Part shown: positions 41,160-50,548 of the stretch, piece after piece
Numbering within the stretch: the stretch's first letter is position 1
Layout of the letters: every line of letters begins with the position of its first letter
DNA from: Actinomycetota bacterium
Lineage (GTDB): Bacteria > Actinomycetota > Actinomycetes > Actinomycetales > Microbacteriaceae
Reading direction: 5' to 3'
DNA: 64,000 nucleotides
Assembly (NCBI GenBank): GCA_041178805.1
Contig: JBEGUQ010000001.1
Location: 3,664 to 67,663 of the forward strand
The notes under the pieces: model-generated
What the model was told of the DNA's origin: nothing
Database searches by the model: none
What the model saw: only the letters and a program-made list of their open reading frames with translations
Program-made: the position numbers and the translations under genes

Positions 41160-43607
41160 ATGTCAAAGTCACTCACGCAAGCAAGCAAAAAAGAAGAGTT
41201 GCGATTCAAAATTTCTTCAATACTCACGCTTATTGCCGCCTTGGTAGGGTTCAACCTTGCCCCGATGGCAGCATTTGCCGTCGACGGTGAGGTCACCGTT
41301 GACTGCTCAATTTCCGGCAACTTTAAGGTACGCACTCAAGGCGCGGAGGTCAGTGTTCATTCTGGCAACTTTTGCAGAGGAATTGCAGAAATTCCAGCCG
41401 AGGTGACCAAGGTGGGCGGATTCTCAAACAATCCACATTTGAGCGCCATCGTGTTCCTTGGCGAAAATGTTCGTTCCATTGAAAGCCAAGCCTTCTACAG
41501 CACAGGCCTAACCTCAATCGTGATACCCGCCTCCGTAGAAACCATCGCAGCCGAAGCGTTTATTCACAGCCAACTTACGAGCGTTACTTTCGGGCAAGGT
41601 TCGCGCCTACAGTCAATAGGCCAAAGCGCTTTTGCTGCAAATCTGGCACTGACTCAGGTGACGCTGCCTGCAAGCCTCACCACCATTGGCAATTACGCAT
41701 TCCGGTATAACCGAAACCTTCAATCCTTGACCTTTGAGCCAGGTTCGCAGCTCGTTTCTATAGCTGACTTCGCATTCCATGACACCCGCGTTACTTCGGT
41801 GTCACTCTCTTCGACGGTGCAGACGTTCACTTTGAGGGCATTCCTGCAGGGCTCCAAGATCGATATCGCTAGCGACAACCCATACCTAGTTATCCAGAAC
41901 GGAGTTCTCTTCAGTCGCGACATGACCAAAGTTTTTGGCTACCCGACTACTTTCACTGCGTCTTCGTACGTCATCCCTTCCACGGTTACCAGGATTGAGG
42001 GCGGTGCGTTTGAGCAGGCACAATTCACCTCGGTATTAATTCCAGATTCCGTTACCTACATTGGCGGCAGCGCTTTCAATATCAGCCGTCTGACGTCTGT
42101 AAGAATTCCTGCCAGCGTCACCACTCTTGAGATCTTTGCGTTCAATGACAACCCAAACCTTGCCAGCGTTGTTTTTGCCCCTGGGTCGAATCTCACCACT
42201 ATCAAGTACAAGGCATTTAACTCTCTACCAAGCCTGACCACGCTCGATTTCGGGGCCGGCTCACGCTTGACAACAATCGTTGATGGTGCTTTTTATGGTT
42301 CGGGGCTGACCTCAGTTACCTTGCCAGCCAGCCTTGAATACTTAGAAGCTGAGGCCTTCAGGGCATCAACTCGACTTTCGACGGTGTCGTTCGAAGTCAA
42401 CTCACGAATTAAGAAAATTGGCACAAGTGCCTTTTCGAATACCGCATTGAGTGTCAGCACCCCGAAACTGCCTAACTTGCCATCCAATCCAGTTCGCACG
42501 GGCTATTCGTTCGCGGGCTGGTCTCTAACAGATGGGGGTGCAGTAGTACAAAGCGCGTCTTCCAAGGTGGTTCAGGGAAGTGCAATATATGCGCTTTGGA
42601 ATGTGGCACCAACAGTTACCTCAGGGTCTGTGACCAACTCTCAAGTGGTCAGTATCCCGTCAGGATTGAGGGCAGCTGAGGTTCCTGCAACAGCCAACCT
42701 CCCAGCGGTCAATTTGGCCTTCACTCCGACCAGCAGCTCGGCTGTGGTGACTCTGGTTCCAATCGACAACCCAGCTTCTGCGGCAGCTACGCCTTTTATC
42801 GTGACCGGATCCACCAAGATCGTTGACATTCAGGTTTCGGGCATCAGCGGCGATGTGACCGTGTGTCTCGATGGCGCACCAACCGACGAGCTCTTCCACT
42901 ACACGGGTGGAGCATGGGTTGCGCTTCCACAGCGTACGTATGTGAACGGCCAGGTCTGTGGTGTTACCGACAGCTTCTCGCCATTCACGGCAGCCGAGAT
43001 AGCCCCACCTCCAGTAGCATCCGGCATTGGTAAGCCGTTGCCAACTTTCGAAGTCAACTCTCGAATTGCAGTATCAACTTTTGGCCAAAGCCTCAGGTTG
43101 AACGGACAGAATCTCGATGAGATCAGCTCAGTCACCGTTGGTGGTAAGGCACTCAAAATCACCAAGAAGACTGAAAACGAGCTTGTCCTCGAGATTCCAG
43201 CGGGTCCTGAGGGCTACATCGACATGGAGATCACCCATGCGCGCGGCATCATGGCCTTGCAGGGACTAGTTGAGGCCGTCAAGCCATATACGCTGACCCG
43301 CTCAATCAAGATCACCAAGTTCGTGGGTAATAGGCCTACCGTTGCTGGTCTTTCAGCGCTCTACAAGGTTTACCGCGCAGGCACCACAGCCAACATCCTC
43401 AACTGTGCCGTCACCGTGGCATCGGATGCATCTGCTGATGCAATAGCAAAGGCCGAGTCACTTGCCAAGGCAACTTGCCAGAGAGTTGTGGGTTACTCGA
43501 AATACATCAAGTCCGCCAACATTCAGCTAAAGCGGGATGGGCTGGCTGGCTCGAAGACTGTTCTGGAAATCACTTTCGATCGCACTCTTAGTGCAGCCAG
43601 AGGCTGA
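41160..43607 (+). CDS. BspA-type leucine-rich-repeat surface protein 2
   Basis: GGAGA SD before ATG 41160; LRR_5-type repeats, one B-repeat, C-terminal domains shared with the paralogs. Confidence 0.88.
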   Translation: MSKSLTQASKKEELRFKISSILTLIAALVGFNLAPMAAFAVDGEVTVDCSISGNFKVRTQGAEVSVHSGNFCRGIAEIPAEVTKVGGFSNNPHLSAIVFLGENVRSIESQAFYSTGLTSIVIPASVETIAAEAFIHSQLTSVTFGQGSRLQSIGQSAFAANLALTQVTLPASLTTIGNYAFRYNRNLQSLTFEPGSQLVSIADFAFHDTRVTSVSLSSTVQTFTLRAFLQGSKIDIASDNPYLVIQNGVLFSRDMTKVFGYPTTFTASSYVIPSTVTRIEGGAFEQAQFTSVLIPDSVTYIGGSAFNISRLTSVRIPASVTTLEIFAFNDNPNLASVVFAPGSNLTTIKYKAFNSLPSLTTLDFGAGSRLTTIVDGAFYGSGLTSVTLPASLEYLEAEAFRASTRLSTVSFEVNSRIKKIGTSAFSNTALSVSTPKLPNLPSNPVRTGYSFAGWSLTDGGAVVQSASSKVVQGSAIYALWNVAPTVTSGSVTNSQVVSIPSGLRAAEVPATANLPAVNLAFTPTSSSAVVTLVPIDNPASAAATPFIVTGSTKIVDIQVSGISGDVTVCLDGAPTDELFHYTGGAWVALPQRTYVNGQVCGVTDSFSPFTAAEIAPPPVASGIGKPLPTFEVNSRIAVSTFGQSLRLNGQNLDEISSVTVGGKALKITKKTENELVLEIPAGPEGYIDMEITHARGIMALQGLVEAVKPYTLTRSIKITKFVGNRPTVAGLSALYKVYRAGTTANILNCAVTVASDASADAIAKAESLAKATCQRVVGYSKYIKSANIQLKRDGLAGSKTVLEITFDRTLSAARG

Positions 43608-43696
43608 GAATCTCATACGTCTAAGTAGCTAGGAAAACCCTCTCTGAACTACTTGAACTCTTAGTACAAACGGTTGGCCAGACCCGAGGAGAACCA

Positions 43697-45325
43697 GTGC
43701 GAGGTTTACACTTCGAGCAAAACAGAACAGCGGCCTTTGGTCGCAAATTGACAGCGATCTTGGCGATGTCGGCGTTGATCGCTTTCAATTTCGCGCCACT
43801 TGAAGCCACTGCAACAACCACCGTGGTGGACTGTTCCGGCGGAGGAAATTTCGCGGTGTCGCCACTCGGGGGTGAGGTTTATGTCGGGGGTGGATCAGCT
43901 TGCTCTGGAACGGCTGTTATCCCGGCGGAAGTCACCCAAATAACGGATGGCGCTTTCTACAATGCCAATTCGATGACCGCAGTTACGTTTGCATCGAACA
44001 GCAGTCTCACGACAATCGGATCTCAGGCATTTCAGAGCTCAGGCCTAACGTCAATTACCTTGCCCGACAGTTTGATCTCGATTGGTAACTCTGCATTTTT
44101 CAACAGCAACAACTTGACTTCGGTGAACTTCGGTTCTGGATCGCAGCTCACCACGCTGGGCGCTCGAGTATTCGAAAGCAATGCGCAGACAACAGTCGCT
44201 CTTCCAGCAACTGTGACAACTATAGGAAGTGGTCTTTTTGGTCGGAATGCCCGAGTGACCATTGATCCAACCAACAATAACTTCTCGATTGAAAATGGAG
44301 TTCTGTTCAACAAAAACCGCACCACCCTGATCTCATATGCTTCGTGGCTAACCGACGCCACATATGTGATTCCAGCATCAGTAACAACAATTGCCTCCTC
44401 AGCGTTCTCCGGGAGCCGTCTCCAGAGCATTAACATCCCAGCATCTGTTTCGTCCTTTGGGTCATTTGTTTTTATGAACTCGTCCCAGCTGACCAGCATT
44501 ACCTTCGCTCCAAATTCCAACCTCAGTTCTTTCCCATTTGGTGCCTTTTCCGGAATTCCCTCAATCTCGCTGACTCTGTCTCCATCGCCTTACCGCAGCG
44601 GCTACCGGTTCACCGGTTGGTCAAATACCCAGAATGGGAGGGCTCTAGCTAGTCCAACGACCACAGCGCTAGCTTTCCCAAACCCGCCATTGTTTGCACT
44701 TTGGGAAGTGGCCCCCACGGTTCCAGCAGCTATCAGCAAGCCCAGCGAACCGGTCGGGCCAAGACTAACCATCGACACTCGCATTGCGGTTTCAACTAAC
44801 GGCCAAAGCCTTGCTTTGCAGGGGGTCCTGCTTGGTGAAATCCAAAGCGTCAAGCTCGACGGTAAGGAGATGAAGGTAATCAAACAGACCGATAATGAAC
44901 TCGTTATCGAAGTTCCAGCCGGAGCAGAGGGATTTCCTGATCTTCAAATGACTCACGCGGGTGGGGTAATCACTCACCATGGAATGATCCAGGTCATCAA
45001 ACCTTACGAACTGACTAGATCCATCAAAATCACCAAATTTGTTGGGAGTCGCCCAACCGTGGCAGGCCTTTCAGCCCTCTACAAGCTCTACCGAGTTGAC
45101 AAAACTGCCAACATCTTGAACTGTGCCATGGTCGTCGCGTCTGATGCCTCAGCGGAGCAAATCTCTAATGCCGAGTATCTAGCGAAGGAAACTTGCCAGC
45201 GGGTAGTTAGGGTCTCTAAACACATCAAAACTGCCAACATTCAAATCCAAAAGGATGGCGCCGCAGGTTCAAAGCCCGCGCTGACAGTCACCTTCGATCG
45301 AACTCTTGGCGCTGGAAGAGGCTGA
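43697..45325 (+). CDS. BspA-type leucine-rich-repeat surface protein 3
   Basis: GAGGAG SD; shorter LRR tract, one B-repeat, shared C-terminus. Confidence 0.88.
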   Translation: MRGLHFEQNRTAAFGRKLTAILAMSALIAFNFAPLEATATTTVVDCSGGGNFAVSPLGGEVYVGGGSACSGTAVIPAEVTQITDGAFYNANSMTAVTFASNSSLTTIGSQAFQSSGLTSITLPDSLISIGNSAFFNSNNLTSVNFGSGSQLTTLGARVFESNAQTTVALPATVTTIGSGLFGRNARVTIDPTNNNFSIENGVLFNKNRTTLISYASWLTDATYVIPASVTTIASSAFSGSRLQSINIPASVSSFGSFVFMNSSQLTSITFAPNSNLSSFPFGAFSGIPSISLTLSPSPYRSGYRFTGWSNTQNGRALASPTTTALAFPNPPLFALWEVAPTVPAAISKPSEPVGPRLTIDTRIAVSTNGQSLALQGVLLGEIQSVKLDGKEMKVIKQTDNELVIEVPAGAEGFPDLQMTHAGGVITHHGMIQVIKPYELTRSIKITKFVGSRPTVAGLSALYKLYRVDKTANILNCAMVVASDASAEQISNAEYLAKETCQRVVRVSKHIKTANIQIQKDGAAGSKPALTVTFDRTLGAGRG

Positions 45326-45344
45326 CAAGTTCGAAGTTGGAACT

Positions 45345-45377
45345 AAAACCCACTCTTTCGGGAGTGGGTTTTTGCTT
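45345..45377 (+). terminator. Intrinsic terminator
   Basis: AAAACCCACTC-TTTCGG-GAGTGGGTTTTT. Confidence 0.88.
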
Positions 45378-45442
45378 ATTGGAAGATTAGGCTTTTCTAC
45401 CTAAGCCTTGTTTCACAAAGGCTGTGATCATAAGGAAATCCC

Positions 45443-46723
45443 ATGTCAAAAACCCAAGACACTGCTGCGCCTGAAACTGACTCGTTTGAGGGTTGGAAGA
45501 AGCGGGTATCGGTCTTCTTGGTTGGGCAAACCATCACGACCTTTGGTTCGTTTTTGGTTCAGTACGCAATTATGTGGCACTTGACCTTGACTACTAAGTC
45601 AGGTTTGGTGCTCGCACTTGCCGCTGTCTTTGGCTTCTTGCCACAGGCGATCGTTTCGATCTTCGCTGGCGTTTGGGCAGACCGCGTAAATCGCAAGATG
45701 ATGATTATTGTTTCGGACTCAACTATTGCTTTGGCTACTTTGGGTCTAGCCCTACTGATGCTCTCCGGTGTTGACGACCTGTGGTTGATTTTCGTCGTGA
45801 TGGCAGTTAGATCTGTTGGTGCTGGTGTTCAGATGCCTGCAATTTCTTCGCTTTTGCCTCAGCTAGTTCCAGGCGATCAGTTGATGCGAGTGAACGGAAT
45901 TAACAGCAGCATCCAGTCTTCGATGACCATCTTGGCGCCGGTTGCAGCAGCAGCTGTTTACGCGAACATGTCACTCACCGGAATCTTGTTCATTGACGTA
46001 GTGACTGCGGTTATTGGCCTATCGCTTTTGGCAACCGTTGCGGTTCCAACCCTGCCTCGTGCAGCAAGTCTGGATAAGCCTTCCTACTTTGCAGATCTCA
46101 AGGACGGTATTCAATACACCTTTACTCACGACTTGGTGCGCTGGGTTTTGGTTATCTTCGCCGTAGTGTTCCTGTTGATTGTTGCCCCTTCAAACCTCTC
46201 GCCTTTGATGCTGGTTAGAAACTTTGGTGACGAGGTTTGGATGCTGACCGTGCTGGAACTTTCGTTTGGCGTTGGCATGGTTTTGGGTGGTGCTGCGGTT
46301 GCGGTGTTCTCCAAGAAACTGGATCGTCTATCAATGATTATTGGAACCTCAATCGCCTTTGGTGTGATGGCTATTGCCATGGGCTTTACAACCAACCTGA
46401 TCTTGTTCTACGGACTGTTCTTCCTCATCGGTTTGACCGTCCCAGCATTCTCCACCTCTGCATTCACCCTGCTGCAGGAGACCGTTGAGCCTGAGCGTCA
46501 GGGTCGAGTATTTGGTTTTGTTGGAATCGTTATGTCGGTGGCGATGCCACTCGGCATGGCAATTCTTGGTCCTTTGGCTGACGTCGTGGCGGTTGAGCTT
46601 TTGTTGATTGTCACCGGCGCAGCAACCGTTGTAATTGCAGCGCTCGCTGTTCTGCTTCCAGCCGGTAAGCGGGCGATTGCGGCAGCGCATGCCTCAACTG
46701 GTCCAGCCGCCCCAACTGAGTAG
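45443..46723 (+). CDS. MFS efflux transporter (DHA3/MefA-like)
   Basis: GQTITTFGS, GVWADRVNRK, QGRVFG; about 12 TM. Confidence 0.88.
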   Translation: MSKTQDTAAPETDSFEGWKKRVSVFLVGQTITTFGSFLVQYAIMWHLTLTTKSGLVLALAAVFGFLPQAIVSIFAGVWADRVNRKMMIIVSDSTIALATLGLALLMLSGVDDLWLIFVVMAVRSVGAGVQMPAISSLLPQLVPGDQLMRVNGINSSIQSSMTILAPVAAAAVYANMSLTGILFIDVVTAVIGLSLLATVAVPTLPRAASLDKPSYFADLKDGIQYTFTHDLVRWVLVIFAVVFLLIVAPSNLSPLMLVRNFGDEVWMLTVLELSFGVGMVLGGAAVAVFSKKLDRLSMIIGTSIAFGVMAIAMGFTTNLILFYGLFFLIGLTVPAFSTSAFTLLQETVEPERQGRVFGFVGIVMSVAMPLGMAILGPLADVVAVELLLIVTGAATVVIAALAVLLPAGKRAIAAAHASTGPAAPTE

Positions 46724-46812
46724 CGGTAGATAACACAGCATTATCAATTCGGCCCAGCGGGAACTTTTTTCTAAACCGCTAGGTTTTACCTTGAGTTACG
46801 TCTGGAGAAAAC

Positions 46813-48915
46813 ATGAACGCCCTAATTAATTTCATCACTGGTAAGAAGTCTGCTTGGGTCACACTTTTGATCGGTCTGGTCTTTGCTGGTTTGGCATTTG
46901 GCCCACTGCGAGCCGCTACCACCGAGACTGCCCCTACCAATGGCTTGCCGGAGACTTCTGAGACTGCTTTGGTGAACAAGGCGCTTGAGGGTCTTCCTGG
47001 CTCTGATGCGACCGCAGCGGTATTGGTCTATAAGTCAGACGCCAAGTTCACCGAAGATGAGATCTTGTGGTTGCAGGGAAGTTTTGACCCAACCACCCAG
47101 ATGCTTGCCGGTGGCGTGAACGAGAAGTTCTTGGACATCACCAACCTTGAGGTCATGGGTGAGCCGTTTGTGCCACCAGCCCAGATTTCGGAGGACGGCA
47201 AGGTTGCCGTCGTCACGGTCCCGCTTGAGAAGTCCGACGAGGTAGAGGTTGTTACCGAGCGCGTAACCGAACTTCGTGAACTGGCAGCTGAGGGCATGCC
47301 CGCGAGCTTCGAGGTTTACCTAACCGGACCTGAGGGTTTCCAGGCTGATCTAAACAACGTCTTTGCCGGTGCCGACTTCACGCTTTTGCTTTCAACCGTG
47401 ATTGTGGTTGCGGTTCTACTTTTGATTACCTACCGATCCCCAGTGCTATGGCTAGTGCCACTTATTGTGGTTGGAACTGCTGATGGTATGGCCGGTCAGC
47501 TTGGTCGCCAGGTTGCAACCTTCTTCGGAATGGTGCCGGATGGCTCAGTAACAGGCATTCTGTCGGTGCTGGTATTTGGTGCTGGTACTAACTACGCGTT
47601 GTTGCTTATTGCTCGTTACCGCGAAGAGCTATTGCTTGAGGAGAACCGTCACATTGCAATGGCCAAGGCACTCAAGGGTGCTGGCCCTGCAATCATCGCG
47701 TCTGGTTCAACAGTTACCTTGGCGCTCCTAACTTTGACTCTTGCTGAACTTGGCGGAAACCGAACCCTTGGTTTGGTTTGCGCATCGGGAATCGTGATTG
47801 CGATGATCTCAGCGCTGGTAGTTCTACCAGCTGCGCTGGTGGTATTTGGACGCGGTTTGTTCTGGCCATTCGTGCCACGCTTTGGTGGCGTGAACAAGAG
47901 CCTAAATGGCCTATGGGGCAAGCTTGGTCGCGCAGTTAGCAAGCGACCAGCAATCATCTCCTCGGTTGGTGTTTTGATCTTGGCTGGTTTGGCAATTGGT
48001 GCCAGCGGTATTCAGGTTGGTCTTTCATCCACCGAGCAGTTCCGCGAGAAGCCTGAAGCGGTTTACGGTCAAGAAATTCTTGCTGACGCATTCCCAGCCG
48101 GTGCTACCACCCCGACCACTGTGATTGTTGACAAGGGCTCGGAGGCTGAGGCTGCAGAACTTGTGAAGGGCGTTCCAGGGGTGGCAGAGGTAACCATCGG
48201 TGACACTGATGGTGAGATCGTTGCCCTGAGCGTTGTGCTAGATGCAACCGCCGGTTCCGAGGACGCTTATCAGTCGATTCGTGACCTTCGCACCGAGCTT
48301 GCAACTCTAGAGTCAGCCAACGCTTTGGTTGGTGGCCTAGATGCAGAGACTCTGGATGTGAAGTCCACCTATGAGCGTGACCAGCTATTGGTGATCCCAC
48401 TGATCTTGATCTTGGTGTTCTTGGTCTTGGTATTGCTACTTCGCTCACTGCTTGCACCGATCATGCTGCTCACCACCGTGGTGGCATCGTTCTTCGCATC
48501 CATGGGAGCCAGCTGGTTGATCTTCGAGCAGCTTCTCGGACTGCCTGCGCTAGACCTGAGCGTGTTCCTTTACTCGTTCTTGTTCCTAGTGGCACTTGGT
48601 GTTGACTACAACATCTTCTTGGTCTCCAGAGCCCAGGAGGAAGCTGTGAAGCACGGCACTCGCGAGGGCATGGTTCGCGCACTCAGCGCAACCGGCGGTG
48701 TTATTACCTCGGCAGGTATCTTGCTGGCTGCGGTATTCGCAGTGCTTGGAGTATTGCCACTGATTGCGCTTTACCAAATTGGAATCATCGTCTGCATCGG
48801 TGTGCTACTTGACACCTTGCTGGTGAGAACCGTTGTGGTTCCGGCGCTCGCTTTTATGACCGGTGACAAGTTCTGGTGGCCAAGAAAGAAGCTAACCGCT
48901 CCTAAGTTTGGCTAG
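46813..48915 (+). CDS. MMPL family (RND) transporter
   Basis: GAGTNYALLLIARYREE, LGVDYNIFL, ITSAG, LLDTLLVR. Confidence 0.92.
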   Translation: MNALINFITGKKSAWVTLLIGLVFAGLAFGPLRAATTETAPTNGLPETSETALVNKALEGLPGSDATAAVLVYKSDAKFTEDEILWLQGSFDPTTQMLAGGVNEKFLDITNLEVMGEPFVPPAQISEDGKVAVVTVPLEKSDEVEVVTERVTELRELAAEGMPASFEVYLTGPEGFQADLNNVFAGADFTLLLSTVIVVAVLLLITYRSPVLWLVPLIVVGTADGMAGQLGRQVATFFGMVPDGSVTGILSVLVFGAGTNYALLLIARYREELLLEENRHIAMAKALKGAGPAIIASGSTVTLALLTLTLAELGGNRTLGLVCASGIVIAMISALVVLPAALVVFGRGLFWPFVPRFGGVNKSLNGLWGKLGRAVSKRPAIISSVGVLILAGLAIGASGIQVGLSSTEQFREKPEAVYGQEILADAFPAGATTPTTVIVDKGSEAEAAELVKGVPGVAEVTIGDTDGEIVALSVVLDATAGSEDAYQSIRDLRTELATLESANALVGGLDAETLDVKSTYERDQLLVIPLILILVFLVLVLLLRSLLAPIMLLTTVVASFFASMGASWLIFEQLLGLPALDLSVFLYSFLFLVALGVDYNIFLVSRAQEEAVKHGTREGMVRALSATGGVITSAGILLAAVFAVLGVLPLIALYQIGIIVCIGVLLDTLLVRTVVVPALAFMTGDKFWWPRKKLTAPKFG

Positions 48916-50546
48916 ATAACAACCCAAGCGGTGTCACCCGGCATAAGACTTCCGTCTTCTGCCAGCGGCATAGAACTGAGCACAACTTCCCCATTTAGGA
49001 ATACCGGCTCGGTGGAGAAGTTGTGGACTATCTGCAGTTTCCCGTTTTGATAGCTCAAAGCTTCGGCCTTAGATGCCCAATCAAATGAACCCTCACCTAG
49101 CTTTAGCTCGCTTCGAAGTTTCAGAGCTTTCTGATACATAGTTAGCGTTGAACCCTCTTTGCCCTGCTGCTGGTCACGAGAAAGAGCTGCATAGCTTTGA
49201 GGTTGTGGCAGCCAAGCTTTACCGGTTTGGTTAAAGCCATTAGAGGCATTGCCCATCTCCCAAGGCAGTGGCACTCGGCAACCATCTCGACCAACTCTTT
49301 GCCCCTGGGTCCTAAAGAAGGTCGGGTCCTGGCGGTGCTCATCTGCAATCGTGGTGTGATCTGGAAGCCCAAGTTCTTCGCCCTGGTAGAGGTAACTTGC
49401 CCCAGGCAGTCCAAGCATGAATAGCGTTGCTGCCCTGGCTTTTCGCAGACCAAGAACGTTGTCTGGTTGCGGATTGTTTGGACCAACTCCATCGGATGCT
49501 GTGGTGCGGCCATAATCGCCGCCGAAGCGAGAGACGTGTCTTAGAACATCGTGGTTGTTCAACACCCAGGTGCTTGGTGCACCCACCGAATCAAATGCCT
49601 CAAAGGATTCATCAATAGCTGCAACTAGTTTTTCTCTATCCCAGCCGGCGTCAAGGAATCTGAAATTAAAGGTCTGATGGAATTCGTCTGGTCTTACCCA
49701 AAGCGCCATAAAGCTCAGCGGTAAAACATACGCTTCGCCACACATTGCTCTATCACCCGGGTAGCTATCGAGAATCTTGCGCCAGTCTCTAAAGATTTCG
49801 TGCACCGAATCTTGGAACCACATTGGTGGGTTCTCTCGACCCTCGATAAAGCCAGCCCCAGCCTCTTCAACGTATGGGTGATCTGGGAGGCCATGAGCCT
49901 TTGCCATGGCATGCGGTTGATCGACTCGGAAGCCATCGACTCCGCGGTCTAGCCAGAAGCGCAGAATGTCTTCAAACTCCTGTCGAACCGCTGGGTTCTC
50001 CCAGTTCAGATCCGGCTGGGAAGAGTCGAATAGGTGGACATACCACTGGCCATCTTCGACGCGAGTCCAAGCAGGTCCACCAAACATCGACTGCCAGTTG
50101 TTCGGAGGTAGTTCGCCGTTTTCGCCCCTGCCATCTTTGAAGTGGTAGTAGGAACGCTCTTTGGATCCAGGCGCTGCCTTGAGAGCTCTTTGGAACCACT
50201 CGTGTTCGCTGGAGGAGTGGTTGGGAACAAGGTCAATCATTACGCGAAGCGATAACCGGTGGGCTTCTTTGACCATCTCGTCAAAGTCCTCGAGGTTTCC
50301 AAATAGCGGGTCAACACTCACGTAATCAGAGACGTCGTAGCCGGCGTCCTTTTGCGGCGAGCGGTAAAAAGGGCTCAGCCAAATCGCATCGATGCCGAGG
50401 GATGCCAAAGCAGGAAGTCTTTGGGTGATGCCTTTTAGATCCCCCATGCCATCGCCATTTGCATCAGCAAATGAGCGCGGGTAGATCTGGTAGATCACTC
50501 CGGAGCGCCACCACTGGGCTCCTTCTTGGCTTAGGTGTAACGGCAT
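48912..50546 (-). CDS. GH13 alpha-glucosidase
   Basis: YQIYPRSF, DLVPNH, DGFRVD, GE, NHD. Confidence 0.93.
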   Translation of the reverse strand: MPLHLSQEGAQWWRSGVIYQIYPRSFADANGDGMGDLKGITQRLPALASLGIDAIWLSPFYRSPQKDAGYDVSDYVSVDPLFGNLEDFDEMVKEAHRLSLRVMIDLVPNHSSSEHEWFQRALKAAPGSKERSYYHFKDGRGENGELPPNNWQSMFGGPAWTRVEDGQWYVHLFDSSQPDLNWENPAVRQEFEDILRFWLDRGVDGFRVDQPHAMAKAHGLPDHPYVEEAGAGFIEGRENPPMWFQDSVHEIFRDWRKILDSYPGDRAMCGEAYVLPLSFMALWVRPDEFHQTFNFRFLDAGWDREKLVAAIDESFEAFDSVGAPSTWVLNNHDVLRHVSRFGGDYGRTTASDGVGPNNPQPDNVLGLRKARAATLFMLGLPGASYLYQGEELGLPDHTTIADEHRQDPTFFRTQGQRVGRDGCRVPLPWEMGNASNGFNQTGKAWLPQPQSYAALSRDQQQGKEGSTLTMYQKALKLRSELKLGEGSFDWASKAEALSYQNGKLQIVHNFSTEPVFLNGEVVLSSMPLAEDGSLMPGDTAWVVI

Positions 50547-50548
50547 GA

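Larger units (their letters stand above)
33922..45377. other. Accessory island of two-component systems and LRR surface proteins at tRNA-Tyr
   Basis: Non-core paralogous genes next to a tRNA, flanked by two similar 33-nt terminators; no integrase seen. Confidence 0.6.

Noticed and set aside
36600-44600. CRISPR-like or DGR-like repeats
   Set aside because: The repetition is degenerate in-frame LRR coding; there are no regular repeat-spacer units and no reverse transcriptase
33922-45377. Prophage, ICE or transposon interpretation of the island
   Set aside because: No integrase, transposase or phage gene and no exact duplication of the tRNA 3' end
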